Part shown: one piece after another, positions 9,711 to 19,806 of the stretch
How the letters are laid out: the number at the start of each line of letters is the position of its first letter
How positions within the stretch are numbered: position 1 is the first letter of the stretch
Assembly: GCA_038255465.1 (NCBI GenBank)
Contig: JBBSLJ010000001.1
Span: 54,274-118,273 of the forward strand
DNA length: 64,000 nt
Direction of reading: 5' to 3'
DNA from: Candidatus Saccharimonadales bacterium
GTDB taxonomy: Bacteria; Patescibacteriota; Saccharimonadia; Saccharimonadales; JACDFO01
Notes under the pieces: generated by a model
The model's input: the letters and a program-made list of their open reading frames with translations, nothing else
Databases searched by the model: none
What the model was told of the DNA's origin: nothing
Program-made: the position numbers and the translations under genes

Positions 9711-11594
9711 TTACTGCAAAACTGCTTTGATTCGCCGGATACCGGCTGAACTCGCTTCTTCTTTAACTATTTTAAAACGTTTACTATCTTCAAACAACTG
9801 CAAAGTGTGATCAACGTGCGGGCCGCCACAAATTTCAAAACTGAACGGCTTGTCTGCTCCGTCAGCAATCATTTTATACACCTTAACTGTTTCGCCGTAA
9901 CGATCGCCGAACTGCCCCAGTGCCCCTAGATTACCTGTTGCTTCCTCTGTTGAGTACTCTGCCCATGACACTTTTAAGTCTTGTTCAATTTGCTCGTTTA
10001 CAATGTCTTCAACTCGTTTTATCTGTTCTGGACTTACTTTTTCAGGGTTAGAAAAGTCAAAGCGGAGGCGTTCTTCGGTAATATTAGAACCACGCTGGAT
10101 AACATGATCACCCAGTATTTCGCGTAGCGCCTGATACATTAAATGTGTCGCGGTGTGGTACTTCTTGTGTTGCAGTGTTTGGCCGCCCAGTCCACCTTTA
10201 AAAGTTCCTTTAGTAGCGGTCTGGCTGCGCTGACGCTGGGCCTGCATATTATCATCGAACTCATTACGCCAGTTGGCATTAACATTTATATCGCGTTTAT
10301 AAGCTTCTTCTACGCTTAATTCAGGTGGGAACCCGTACGTATCGTACAGTGTGAATATTTTTGTCCCGTTAAAGCCACCGGCTGCAATTTTTTGAAATTC
10401 ATTGAGACCTTTACGAAGGGTCTGGCGAAAAACTTTTTCTTCCCTTACGAGCACATCTACAACTAACTGGCGCTTTTCTGCTACTTCCGGGAAGTCATTA
10501 TGGTATAGATCAGCAATAACCGGCACAACCTGCTCAAGAAAGTTCTGCTCAATGCCAAGTTCAAACGCATACCGTATAGCGCGCCTTATAAAACGGCGCA
10601 TGACATAGCCCTGCTCCTTGTTGCTTGGCACTACGCCATCGACCGCCAAGAAGGTGGCTGTGCGCAAATGATCAGCAATCACTCTCATGCTTTCATGATG
10701 AGAGTCGTAACTCTTGCCGGACAGTTTTTCTAGTTTATCGATAATCGGCCAGACGACGCTAATTCGGAACATGTCATCACTGTTGATTGCTGCCTGGGCG
10801 ATACGTTCTAATCCACCGCCAAAATCAACGTTCTGCTTGGGCAATTTTTCAAACCCTTTGTCAGTACGCAGGTACTCCATAAAAACTGAATTTCCTATTT
10901 CAATGTAACGGCCGCAGTCACAGTTAGGGTGACAGTGCTTGCCCCACTTTTCATTATGCTGAACATGGTCAAGCAGGTAGAAGACCTCGCTATCAGGACC
11001 ACACGGCTCACCGACTTTCACATTTTTTGGCGCTCCATCACGGCTCCACCAGTTCTTTTCGTCGTAAAAGAAAATGCGACCGTCTTGTTCGCCAACCTTG
11101 TAGCCGTTATCTTCCGACCCTATTTCAACTTGCTTAACTTCAACATCTTTAGCAGCAAAGAGTTTGCTCCAGATCTCGGCACTTTCGGTATCTTTAGGTA
11201 CATTGTATTCGGGGAAACCACTACAGCATGTGATGTAGAGTTTTTGCGGATTAAGCCCAACAATATCAGTTAGAAATTCAAAAAATGCAGGCAACTGTTC
11301 TTTTTTAAAGTAATCACCCAAACTCCAGTTACCGAGCATTTCGAAAAATGTAGTGTGACGGTTGTCGCCAACTTCATCAATATCCTGCGCACGCAAGCAT
11401 GTTTGGCTATTCACAAGGCGAGTACCTTCAGGGTGATCCTCACCTAAAAGGTAAGGAATCAAGGGTTGCATGCCTGAACCTGTAAACAATGTGGAGGGGT
11501 CATTTTGCGGTACTAAAAGCGCCCGCGGTATTGCTTGATGCCCGCGTGACTTAAAGAAGTCTAAATACGCATTTCTGATGTCTTGTGCATTCAT
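9711..11594 (-). CDS. alaS: alanine--tRNA ligase (short form lacking C-Ala domain)
   Basis: HTTFFEMLGNWS, GPCGP-like GEPCGPDSE, DFGGGLER, editing motifs HTATH and CGGPH; ends after RRIKAV. Confidence 0.96.
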   Translation of the reverse strand: MNAQDIRNAYLDFFKSRGHQAIPRALLVPQNDPSTLFTGSGMQPLIPYLLGEDHPEGTRLVNSQTCLRAQDIDEVGDNRHTTFFEMLGNWSLGDYFKKEQLPAFFEFLTDIVGLNPQKLYITCCSGFPEYNVPKDTESAEIWSKLFAAKDVEVKQVEIGSEDNGYKVGEQDGRIFFYDEKNWWSRDGAPKNVKVGEPCGPDSEVFYLLDHVQHNEKWGKHCHPNCDCGRYIEIGNSVFMEYLRTDKGFEKLPKQNVDFGGGLERIAQAAINSDDMFRISVVWPIIDKLEKLSGKSYDSHHESMRVIADHLRTATFLAVDGVVPSNKEQGYVMRRFIRRAIRYAFELGIEQNFLEQVVPVIADLYHNDFPEVAEKRQLVVDVLVREEKVFRQTLRKGLNEFQKIAAGGFNGTKIFTLYDTYGFPPELSVEEAYKRDINVNANWRNEFDDNMQAQRQRSQTATKGTFKGGLGGQTLQHKKYHTATHLMYQALREILGDHVIQRGSNITEERLRFDFSNPEKVSPEQIKRVEDIVNEQIEQDLKVSWAEYSTEEATGNLGALGQFGDRYGETVKVYKMIADGADKPFSFEICGGPHVDHTLQLFEDSKRFKIVKEEASSAGIRRIKAVLQ

Positions 11595-11635
11595 ATCTGA
11601 TACAGTCTAGCAGATTTTGTGGTTGAATAGATGTA

Positions 11636-12310
11636 GTGAAAAATCTTAGATTTACGCGCTTACTGTTGCAACCCTCGGCCGGTGGTTCATTTGGTATTAT
11701 CATGCTTTCTTTAGCCGTTATGGCCGGGGCTGCGTTATCTTTTGTATCAAATCGAGGGCTTTTCTACGATTATTTGTTTGGCAGCGGTAGCTCTGCTGCT
11801 TTAATTGAGACGTCCCGGTCAAGTATTTCGCTTTTTAGCGAGATGATTTTTGGCAACCCATTACTTAATAAAATCCTTTTCTTTATGTTCTGGATGGTTG
11901 TCGGATTAATCGTTTATCTACTCATTAGCGGCATTGGAGCCGGTGCCGCTGGTGCAGAGCAGGCGCTAAAAGAGTCGGGTTTTATGCATGCAAAAAGGGC
12001 TAAAATCAGCCGCGATCTGATATTCCGAATTATATTGCGATTAATTGCCTTAGGCCTGCTAGTGATATACGGCGTATTGCTAATTAGAATTCTGTTGCCA
12101 TTTGGCATTCTGTCGGCTCGGATCGTGGCTGGTAACCCCGGGCAGGTAAACAGCTGGTACTATGGCGCGCTTGGATTTATTGTCCTTGTCGGAAGTTTTT
12201 ACGTCAGTTTAGTACTGTTGCGCTTTTTGATGCTTAGACCACGAATCTTTGGCGGACAAGAAGATTTGATAGCAGACGAAATAAAGCATAGCGACCACCA
12301 AGTCAGTTAA
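11636..12310 (+). CDS. integral membrane protein (about 4 TM)
   Basis: 224-aa ORF with four long hydrophobic segments. Confidence 0.7.
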   Translation: MKNLRFTRLLLQPSAGGSFGIIMLSLAVMAGAALSFVSNRGLFYDYLFGSGSSAALIETSRSSISLFSEMIFGNPLLNKILFFMFWMVVGLIVYLLISGIGAGAAGAEQALKESGFMHAKRAKISRDLIFRIILRLIALGLLVIYGVLLIRILLPFGILSARIVAGNPGQVNSWYYGALGFIVLVGSFYVSLVLLRFLMLRPRIFGGQEDLIADEIKHSDHQVS

Positions 12311-13347
12311 ACCACGACACCCCCGCCTACTACGCGGCTACCATCATAAAAGACTGCAGATTGGCCGGGAGTAACGGCTCTGATTTCTTCAGCAATGTCT
12401 ACGGTAAGTATCGATTTATTTAATTTTAACGTTGCTTCAACTAACGGCGCCCGATAACGGGTTCGCACCATATAACTTTTGTCCATCTTCGGGGCTTGGT
12501 TAATCCAGTGCAAGCTCGTTAATTTAAGTTGCTTACTCCAGAGCTTTTTGTCATCCAGGTCGGTTGTAACATGCACTTCATTTTTATCCATGTTTTTACC
12601 AATAACATAGTATGGCAGTCCGCCGCCAACACTCAGCCCATGACGCTGCCCGATGGTGTAGAAAATTGCGCCGTCATGCTGCCCTATTTCACGGCCATGC
12701 TGATTAATGATCGATCCAGGTTCGGAAGTAACATATTGTTCTAAAAATTCACGGATACCAACCTTACCGACAAAGCAGATGCCTTGACTGTCCTTTTTTT
12801 CAGCCGTTACAAGACCTAGCTTTTTGGCTAGACTTCGTACTTCTTCTTTGGTTTTGAATACACCTATAGGCATCAAACTTTTTTTAAGCGCCTTTTCTGT
12901 AGCGCGGTACAAAAAATATGATTGATCTTTATCTTGGTTACGCGCTACATGTAGCTCACCGTTTGTAGCCCTAGAGTAGTGGCCGGTGGCTATCAGATCT
13001 GCACCGTCGTCAAGCGCCGTTTCAAGAAAGAGCTTAAACTTCACTTCCTGGTTACACATAATATCCGGGTTTGGTGTCCGCCCTGCTTTGTATTCATCTA
13101 TCATGTAGTCCACAACTTTTTGCAGGTACTGTGCTTGGAAGTCATAAACTTTAAAATCTATACCGAGTTGCACTGCTACGCGCTTGGCATCCTGAAAGTC
13201 ATCTTTCCATGGGCACGGCATCCCCGGCAAATCTTTGGTCCAGTTCTTCATATACACGCCCACAACGTTATAGCCCTGCTGCATTAGCAGGGCAGCGGTC
13301 ACGGAGCTATCAACTCCGCCAGACATTCCGACATATACCGTTTTCAT
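12307..13347 (-). CDS. mnmA: tRNA 2-thiouridine(34) synthase
   Basis: SGGVDS PP-loop, TPNPDIMCN, ATGHY, KDQSYFL, DSQGICF, PGQSAVFY. Confidence 0.97.
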   Translation of the reverse strand: MKTVYVGMSGGVDSSVTAALLMQQGYNVVGVYMKNWTKDLPGMPCPWKDDFQDAKRVAVQLGIDFKVYDFQAQYLQKVVDYMIDEYKAGRTPNPDIMCNQEVKFKLFLETALDDGADLIATGHYSRATNGELHVARNQDKDQSYFLYRATEKALKKSLMPIGVFKTKEEVRSLAKKLGLVTAEKKDSQGICFVGKVGIREFLEQYVTSEPGSIINQHGREIGQHDGAIFYTIGQRHGLSVGGGLPYYVIGKNMDKNEVHVTTDLDDKKLWSKQLKLTSLHWINQAPKMDKSYMVRTRYRAPLVEATLKLNKSILTVDIAEEIRAVTPGQSAVFYDGSRVVGGGVVV

Positions 13348-13420
13348 AACCCGCCTATTTTAACAGATAAGCTGTTTAAAAAGTTGCTTTAAATACTATT
13401 GATTTTCCTAAATTTAATTA

Positions 13421-13451
13421 ATAAACGCCTGGAGTAACTTCAGGCGTTTAT
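13421..13451. terminator. intrinsic terminator hairpin between PKD gene and mnmA
   Basis: ataaacgcctgga-gtaac-ttcaggcgtttat inverted repeat with A/T flanks. Confidence 0.6.
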
Positions 13452-13537
13452 ATCTTTACTCAGGAAGGAGCAGCCGGAGACGCGGGTTCATCCCGCGCCC
13501 CGCGCGATGAGGGAACCTATCTCGGTTCTCTCATTAC

Positions 13538-14419
13538 TTAGAACGGACGTTCGCCCTGTTCGATTTTCCTGCGAAGCATTTTTAATTCGTATTTTCTGCC
13601 GAGCCAAAATGTAGATATAAGCAGTGGGATTGAAATTGCTGCCGGCTGCCATAATATTCTTGTCCGAGTCGTAGTTGTGCCAGCACCCTCTCCACTGCCT
13701 TCACCCCCATTATCCTGGCTAAGAGCACCGTTAGCGATACCTACGAGCTGCAAGAATGCCACCCCGCCGTTTCTATCAGTTGCCTTAATGATAATGTTAT
13801 ACACACCAGGGCTGTCATATTCGTGTTTAATTTCAAAGGTACCAGGAAACGCCTGACTAATAAGGTCTGGTGTTTTACCATCTCCCCAGTCTACGCTTAA
13901 GGCGTATGGACCATCACCGCCCGATATAATAATGGGCCAGGTAAGCGTTTGACCCGGATTGGCTCCACGCTTTGCAAAATTGCTGGTGAGCGAAACGCGC
14001 GAAGTAGTCCCTTGCCTGGTATCGGTATAAACCACCGTAACAATATTTGAATCAGGTCCTGGCTGATCCAGCGAATCAAAAACACGTGCTACGAGTTCGT
14101 TCTGGCCGTTAAAAAGATCTATGATAAGCGAATAGCTACCGTTCTTGCACATAACCGAACCAGCAAATACATTATTTTTAAATAATTTTACCAGCAAGTC
14201 ATTAGGACAAATACCACTTACCGTCACGGGCAGACTATTAAAACCCTGACCGTTTGCCGGGACTGTAATAGTAGCTGGCTGTGTGGGTGGAGGTGAAGAT
14301 AACGTGCCCTGAACCCCGATAGCCCCATCCTGAGGATTTGGTGATTGAGCCGAAATCGGACCAGTAAGCAGTGCCCCTAAAAGCCCGAGACCCATTAGTA
14401 TCCCAACATATCTACGCAT
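13538..14419 (-). CDS. secreted Ig-like/PKD-domain protein with C-terminal membrane anchor
   Basis: signal peptide; PKD motif VDWGDG...HEYDSPGVY; C-terminal TM followed by basic tail. Confidence 0.8.
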   Translation of the reverse strand: MRRYVGILMGLGLLGALLTGPISAQSPNPQDGAIGVQGTLSSPPPTQPATITVPANGQGFNSLPVTVSGICPNDLLVKLFKNNVFAGSVMCKNGSYSLIIDLFNGQNELVARVFDSLDQPGPDSNIVTVVYTDTRQGTTSRVSLTSNFAKRGANPGQTLTWPIIISGGDGPYALSVDWGDGKTPDLISQAFPGTFEIKHEYDSPGVYNIIIKATDRNGGVAFLQLVGIANGALSQDNGGEGSGEGAGTTTTRTRILWQPAAISIPLLISTFWLGRKYELKMLRRKIEQGERPF

Positions 14420-14525
14420 AGTTATAGCTAGTGTACGTTTTAAGTCGCTTAAGCTCAAGCGTAAACACTAAAAATAGCCGGCATTAGCTCCGGCTATATT
14501 TAGTTTTAAGTGTTTTTACGGTTAA

Positions 14526-15509
14526 CTATTTCTTCTTGAGGCCGTGTTTTGGCTTGGACAAACCGTAGCGTCTGTAAAGGTAGTAACCGCCAGCTACCAG
14601 TGCTGCAATCAATACCACGATCACGCCAATTGCCCACAAAGGAATATACCAAAAGCTGGTTGAAGCAACAATCAGCTCGCCACTGCCTTGACTGACACCA
14701 AGATTAAGGTTAATGGTGTAGCGACCCAAAAACTTTTGTTTAGGTATGGCGTCTTCAAAGCGACGGGTGCTATCAGGTAAAATGTTAGCACGAGGAGTAA
14801 CATTATTAAATTCATATTCGTGAACGACTTTACCGAACATGTCTTTGACTTGAATTTTTCCGAATGGCTGCAAATGTATATCACCACTATTTTTAATACG
14901 GGTCATGACACTTACGTCACCACCAGTTAAGAAACTTTTAGCCTTACCGTTTTGAGAAGAAGTCAACTCGATCAAATCGAGCCGCTCCGTTAGATTGCCA
15001 GGCACGCGGACAAGTATTATTGTTCCTACGCTTGCAGTAAGACCAACATTGCCGGCACCAGGAGCCGGAGCGGGCACAAAACGAATGGTGCCATAATAAC
15101 CACCGGAATTGGCATTCTCAGGTATTCGGATTGTAACTTGTATTTCTTTTTGTTCGCGAGGGCCAAGTGTCAACTCGGATGGAGTATTTACCAAAGTTTT
15201 AAAACTATTCTTTGGGGCAGGTGTACTATCATCAAGAATCAAACGCGGTTCGCCCGTTTCATTCTCACTACTAACAAAATCGTTTACTACTGGCTGTGCC
15301 ACAACTGTAGCGTCAGTAGGATTCTCTATAGTTATTGGAAACTGTTGGCTACCACCTTTTTCAATTGTAAATTCATTTCTAACAGGCGAAATTCTAAAGC
15401 CATTTCCTCCACCTGTAGTTACTTGCGCTTTACTAATCCCAGTTGCCATTACCACTAACAGCAGTATTACAGCAATCAGGCTACTAGTTCTTTTAAAAAC
15501 CGTCGTCAT
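14526..15509 (-). CDS. DUF916/DUF3324-like (WxL-interacting, chaperone-like) surface protein
   Basis: signal peptide; ISP..E..I, IPENANSGGYYGTI, N.GDIH, LP...R; C-terminal TM + basic tail. Confidence 0.72.
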   Translation of the reverse strand: MTTVFKRTSSLIAVILLLVVMATGISKAQVTTGGGNGFRISPVRNEFTIEKGGSQQFPITIENPTDATVVAQPVVNDFVSSENETGEPRLILDDSTPAPKNSFKTLVNTPSELTLGPREQKEIQVTIRIPENANSGGYYGTIRFVPAPAPGAGNVGLTASVGTIILVRVPGNLTERLDLIELTSSQNGKAKSFLTGGDVSVMTRIKNSGDIHLQPFGKIQVKDMFGKVVHEYEFNNVTPRANILPDSTRRFEDAIPKQKFLGRYTINLNLGVSQGSGELIVASTSFWYIPLWAIGVIVVLIAALVAGGYYLYRRYGLSKPKHGLKKK

Positions 15510-15566
15510 TAATAACCCCTTTTTATCATTAGCTTACGTCTTATAGCGCCAATATTACCATAAGGT

Positions 15567-16634
15567 TTAAAAGTTTGCCAAGCAAATAAAGGATATAGTT
15601 GTAGCATATACACCAGGCGGCTGCGCTGCATCTATATTGGCAATATAGCTAATTGTAAATTTTCGGTAGTCATTTGGTCCGGTCGAGCTGGCAACCACAT
15701 CCCCGGGCTGAAATCTATACAGATTGGGATTGTTATAGGCTGCAGTAGGCGTAGCAATGCCTGGGCCGATAGGGTTAGATCCGATTGGTGGCGAACTGTT
15801 AGCGCGTAAATTTATTCCAAACTGACTGACGCCAGTACTGGAAGGCGCCTGCGACGTTAAAGGGCTTATGGTGTTGTTCCCTGAAGTCAGCGTGGTGCCA
15901 CTAATCGAAATACTAAGACCAGAGGCAGCATTTGTAACGGCCATCATTTCTGCTTGCGCAAATTTGGTTTGCGACGTCGAAAATTCACCTAGGTCAATTA
16001 GAAAACTGTTCGCAGTAGAGCAGTCAAATCCCACGATTGTCACACTGGCACAAAATCGTAAAAATGGCGGCACCTCAGCACTAACGTTAAATTGTCTGTT
16101 AATCGACAACGCGATTCCTCCAACCTCTAAAGGAGTGCCTGTAGCGTTATCAGAGCTAAAGGTGCGCAGCCGGATATAGAACGTCCCGACATCACTAGGA
16201 TTGATAATAGTATCGAACTCGTACTCAACATCGGCTGTTGTTATAGGCGCCGGAACGCGTGTCAATATTATATTATTTGCATTGGAGTTTGCATGGATAG
16301 TAAAGCCGGTTTCACCAGTCTGGTTGATCAAGCTCGCTCCACTAGCATCAAAGCCATTTGGAGGCACGCATGCCGATTCGGGAATCGGATTATTGGAGCA
16401 GAATTCAAGCTTAACCGACCCCACAACGTCAGTGAAATTTGTAAATGTAAAGCTAAGGACGTGTGTTGAGGTGGCACCTACGGCACTATCAGACATTTTA
16501 TCGCTACGATTTAATAGTGCTGTGGCAGCAAAAACCCGCGGCACCGATTGAATAATCAGTGCCGCCGTGAAAAGAACTATGAGTAGAACTAGCTTGAGAG
16601 TACGAAAAGTATTTATTTCACTCCTTGTTTGCAT
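15567..16634 (-). CDS. secreted WxL-like / pilin-like subunit (paralog 2)
   Basis: signal peptide; FCSNNPI..AC N-domain; C-domain SQFGINL...PGVYATTISFICLANF shared with neighbours. Confidence 0.65.
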   Translation of the reverse strand: MQTRSEINTFRTLKLVLLIVLFTAALIIQSVPRVFAATALLNRSDKMSDSAVGATSTHVLSFTFTNFTDVVGSVKLEFCSNNPIPESACVPPNGFDASGASLINQTGETGFTIHANSNANNIILTRVPAPITTADVEYEFDTIINPSDVGTFYIRLRTFSSDNATGTPLEVGGIALSINRQFNVSAEVPPFLRFCASVTIVGFDCSTANSFLIDLGEFSTSQTKFAQAEMMAVTNAASGLSISISGTTLTSGNNTISPLTSQAPSSTGVSQFGINLRANSSPPIGSNPIGPGIATPTAAYNNPNLYRFQPGDVVASSTGPNDYRKFTISYIANIDAAQPPGVYATTISFICLANF

Positions 16635-16652
16635 AGCTCAATCATCTTAACT

Positions 16653-17882
16653 CTAGTAATTACCCGTAGCTATGAAAGTCATAGTTGCTGTGTAAATACC
16701 TGGTTCGGTTGTAGTTGCAATGTTACCAATGAACACTAGGACGCCAGTTGATTGCGCTCCAGGAGCTTTGGTGGCAATGGTGTTACCAAAGGTAGCCGAG
16801 AGGTTATTACCAGCCGTTGTAACATCGAAGGCGAACAAGGCGGCACCTGCACCACCAGGTGTGGCCGTACCGGCACTTTGTGTTGTCGCACTACACGCGC
16901 CATCATTATATGGCGCAGCTGATGTCAGTCCAGTTGCTCCACCACCCGTATCGCGGTAGGTACAGAAACCAAACTCTTCTGTGCCTGATGTACTGCTGTT
17001 TGCAGTAGCGCCCATACCGTTAATGGTAAAGCTGCCTGATGTCAGCGTCGCACCCTTGGCACGAATAGTCACGTTGTTGGAAGCATTAGTTGAAACATTG
17101 TACTTGGCGTTTTTGTCAACGAACGGTCCAGCGTCGCTTAGTACACCATTGGTGTCACCAAGCGCTACGGCCGTACCAGATACCGCGGTACAATCTGCGA
17201 AGTTAGCGGCAGAGGTGTAGACACAGAACGTTAAGCGTTCCTGAACCTTAGACGTCACGGTAATCTGAGAGGCTGTGCTCATAGCAACACCACCAGCGTG
17301 GGCCAATGGCGGCTCTGCACCGGGTGCTGTGGAAGTGTAGCTTAGTGCGCCGGCACTAGTTGTAAAAGTCAGAATACGAGCATAAAATGTCGTGTTTGAG
17401 TTAGTTGGGTTAGTAATACCGTCTGCGGCACCTGCGGCACCAAGATCAAAAGATACAGTTGTGGCTGCGGTCACGTTAGCGGCGGTACGCGTTAGAGTAA
17501 TCTGAGTTGCTGTTGAATCAGCCACGTCAATTATCCAGTCAGCAATACCAGTTTGGTTAGCAATCGCGAGGGTAGCATCATTAGTGTTGAAACCTGTTGG
17601 TACTGTACAAGTATCACCAATGATAGGGCTGTTAGCACAAAAGTCTATAACCAAACCACCGATGTTTCCAGCGCTTGGAACGACAAAACTGGTGTCATAC
17701 GTGACATCTTGACCGGCAGTACTGGCACCTGAGGCCGAACTGCTCATTTTAATTTCGCGGGCCGTGATTAGTCCGTAAGCACCTGCTTTTTGTTGAGCAA
17801 GGATTGGTACCAAGCTCGCTAAGACCAGCACGATAGCACCGGCTAAAGCACTAGGCCGTTTTATTTTTTCTGCAAAAACCAT
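16653..17882 (-). CDS. secreted WxL-like / pilin-like major subunit (paralog 1)
   Basis: signal peptide; Thr/Ala/Gly-rich; FCANSPI..TC; C-terminus EPGIYTATMTFIATGNY; own AGGAG Shine-Dalgarno. Confidence 0.65.
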   Translation of the reverse strand: MVFAEKIKRPSALAGAIVLVLASLVPILAQQKAGAYGLITAREIKMSSSASGASTAGQDVTYDTSFVVPSAGNIGGLVIDFCANSPIIGDTCTVPTGFNTNDATLAIANQTGIADWIIDVADSTATQITLTRTAANVTAATTVSFDLGAAGAADGITNPTNSNTTFYARILTFTTSAGALSYTSTAPGAEPPLAHAGGVAMSTASQITVTSKVQERLTFCVYTSAANFADCTAVSGTAVALGDTNGVLSDAGPFVDKNAKYNVSTNASNNVTIRAKGATLTSGSFTINGMGATANSSTSGTEEFGFCTYRDTGGGATGLTSAAPYNDGACSATTQSAGTATPGGAGAALFAFDVTTAGNNLSATFGNTIATKAPGAQSTGVLVFIGNIATTTEPGIYTATMTFIATGNY

Positions 17883-17977
17883 TTTAAGATTTCTCCTTTT
17901 ATTGCTTGTTTATTTTTGATAATCCAAGGTAAATTTACCATAACAGGTAAGTACTTGCAATAGCTTTCCTTTTGCAG

Positions 17978-17986
17978 TTATCCACA
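17978..17986 (+). promoter_or_regulatory. single consensus DnaA box
   Basis: TTATCCACA exact match in intergenic DNA upstream of the 409-aa surface subunit. Confidence 0.35.
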
Positions 17987-17996
17987 ATCAATAAAG

Positions 17997-18737
17997 TTAG
18001 TATGTGCCGGTTGCAACCAAGTTATGCCGGAAAACATACTCTCCAGCCAAGGTTGTCTCGCTAATATTAAACAGGTAACTGATAGTATAGACAGTTACAC
18101 TTGAGCTCTTGCTTGAATATGCGATCGTGTCGCCCTTATTATACGTAAAACTATTAGGCGTAAGGTAATTAGCAGCTACTTGGCCGAAAGAAAAGGAGCT
18201 GTCTGGAGACTGAACTGGGTTGGTGCCGACATTAGGTGAGCTGTTATCGACTAAGTTTATACCAAATTGCTCGGTGCCTGGGGTTGAGCTACCCGGGGTT
18301 GTCATCGGATTAATCTGGTCGGTAGCACCGGATGAGTTAGTCGGAGGATCTGACTCCGTTCTTACTACGTAGCCCTCTGCCTGCCAAGCTCTGACGTAAA
18401 ATGTTCCGACCGCAGTTGACGCCGATGTCGTATTCAAATATCCCAGGTCAATATTGTTGGCTGTGACAACGAATTCGATAAATGGTTCGTCTGTGGTATT
18501 AAATCCAGCAAACGCCCTAAAGTTAGCGCTGTCAGTTTGGCCAATCGCTAACTCACCGGCCGTCTGACGTGCCCTAAAGTTAGTACTCTGTGCATCAAGC
18601 TCGCCGCCGGTCCCAAAAATTGTCTGGTCGACCCGATAATTGGTAGATGACGAGGATTGCGCCCAGACTTTTAGTGGCGCTACTACCAGCAGTAAAGTTA
18701 GCATCAATGACGTTCCCGCGTATTTGTATTTCCACAT
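17997..18737 (-). CDS. secreted WxL-like / pilin-like subunit (paralog 3)
   Basis: signal peptide; PGTEQFGINLVDN...YTISY..NI...LAGEY...ATGTY C-domain homologous to the two downstream genes. Confidence 0.65.
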   Translation of the reverse strand: MWKYKYAGTSLMLTLLLVVAPLKVWAQSSSSTNYRVDQTIFGTGGELDAQSTNFRARQTAGELAIGQTDSANFRAFAGFNTTDEPFIEFVVTANNIDLGYLNTTSASTAVGTFYVRAWQAEGYVVRTESDPPTNSSGATDQINPMTTPGSSTPGTEQFGINLVDNSSPNVGTNPVQSPDSSFSFGQVAANYLTPNSFTYNKGDTIAYSSKSSSVTVYTISYLFNISETTLAGEYVFRHNLVATGTY

Positions 18738-18833
18738 GATTCCTACTTAGAATACCATAACCGGCATTTGAAGGCTGTTTCTAAATGAATATATATAGTA
18801 TGCTTATGGTTAAAGTGATTAACCAGTGGTGGC

Positions 18834-19805
18834 ATGGAAGAAAATAAAGCAGATAACTCATTAGAAGAGAACTCTCTGGAAAGTCTAGAGGGAAGTTCTG
18901 CTGCGCCTGCTTCTGGTGGCGAAAACAATCAAGCACTAAAAGACCAGAAGAAAAAAAGAAGAGGCGGCGGGCTTCGTGGCCTTGCGGGCAGAGTAAACAT
19001 CTATCTGCTTTTATTTATCCTGATACTGGTCTTGGCTGGATTTGTGGTATTTATCGGCCTGCAACGAAGTAAAAAAGATCTGAGTACGCCGTCGGTTCCG
19101 ACCACACCCCTCACCCAGGAAACGTTAGATCAGCTGAACGGCAGCGATGCTTCTGTAGGTGACCCTAAACAAACATTGTCGGTTGAATCAAACGCAATAT
19201 TCAATGGCGCTGTACTGGTAAAAGGCAGTCTGGATGTAGCCGGATCAATCAAAGTAGGCGGTACGCTAAACTTGCCGGGCATTGCGGTATCTGGCTCAAG
19301 TACATTTGATCAGATAAATGCTAACCAGCTGGCCGTCTCAGGAGATACTGGCGTACAAGGTACACTTAATGTCCAAAAAAATCTGACAGTTGCGGGCTCT
19401 GCCCAATTTGGCGGACCGGTTTCAGTTCCACAGTTAACGGTACGTAACCTGGTGCTTGAGGGCGATCTAGCTATAAGCAGGCACATAGACGGTGGGGGCG
19501 GTACGCCTGGGCTTACAAGTGGTAACGCTCTTGGCGGCGGCGGTACAGCTTCGGTGGGTGGAACGGATACAGCCGGGACGTTAACCGTCAATACCGGCGG
19601 CAGTCCCAGCGCCGGTTGTTTTGCAACTATTAGTTTTGCGCAAAGTTTCAGACAAGTCCCTCATATTGTAATAACACCGGTTGGTTCAGCTGCTGCCGGA
19701 TTGAATTACTACATAACGCGCACTACGTCTAGTTTTCAGGTGTGTACAACCAATCCCGCACCTGCCGGCGCCAACTTCAGCTTCGACTGGGTCGCGATAG
19801 ACTAA
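18834..19805 (+). CDS. membrane-anchored beta-repeat (fibre/bactofilin-like) surface protein
   Basis: basic N-tail, one TM, repeated xVxGxL hexad-like repeats, Gly-rich linker, phage-fibre-like C-terminal domain (PHIVITP...FSFDWVAI). Confidence 0.6.
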   Translation: MEENKADNSLEENSLESLEGSSAAPASGGENNQALKDQKKKRRGGGLRGLAGRVNIYLLLFILILVLAGFVVFIGLQRSKKDLSTPSVPTTPLTQETLDQLNGSDASVGDPKQTLSVESNAIFNGAVLVKGSLDVAGSIKVGGTLNLPGIAVSGSSTFDQINANQLAVSGDTGVQGTLNVQKNLTVAGSAQFGGPVSVPQLTVRNLVLEGDLAISRHIDGGGGTPGLTSGNALGGGGTASVGGTDTAGTLTVNTGGSPSAGCFATISFAQSFRQVPHIVITPVGSAAAGLNYYITRTTSSFQVCTTNPAPAGANFSFDWVAID

Positions 19806-19806
19806 G

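Noticed and set aside
17978-17986. Replication origin
   Set aside because: Only one perfect DnaA box; no box cluster, unwinding element or dnaA/dnaN nearby.
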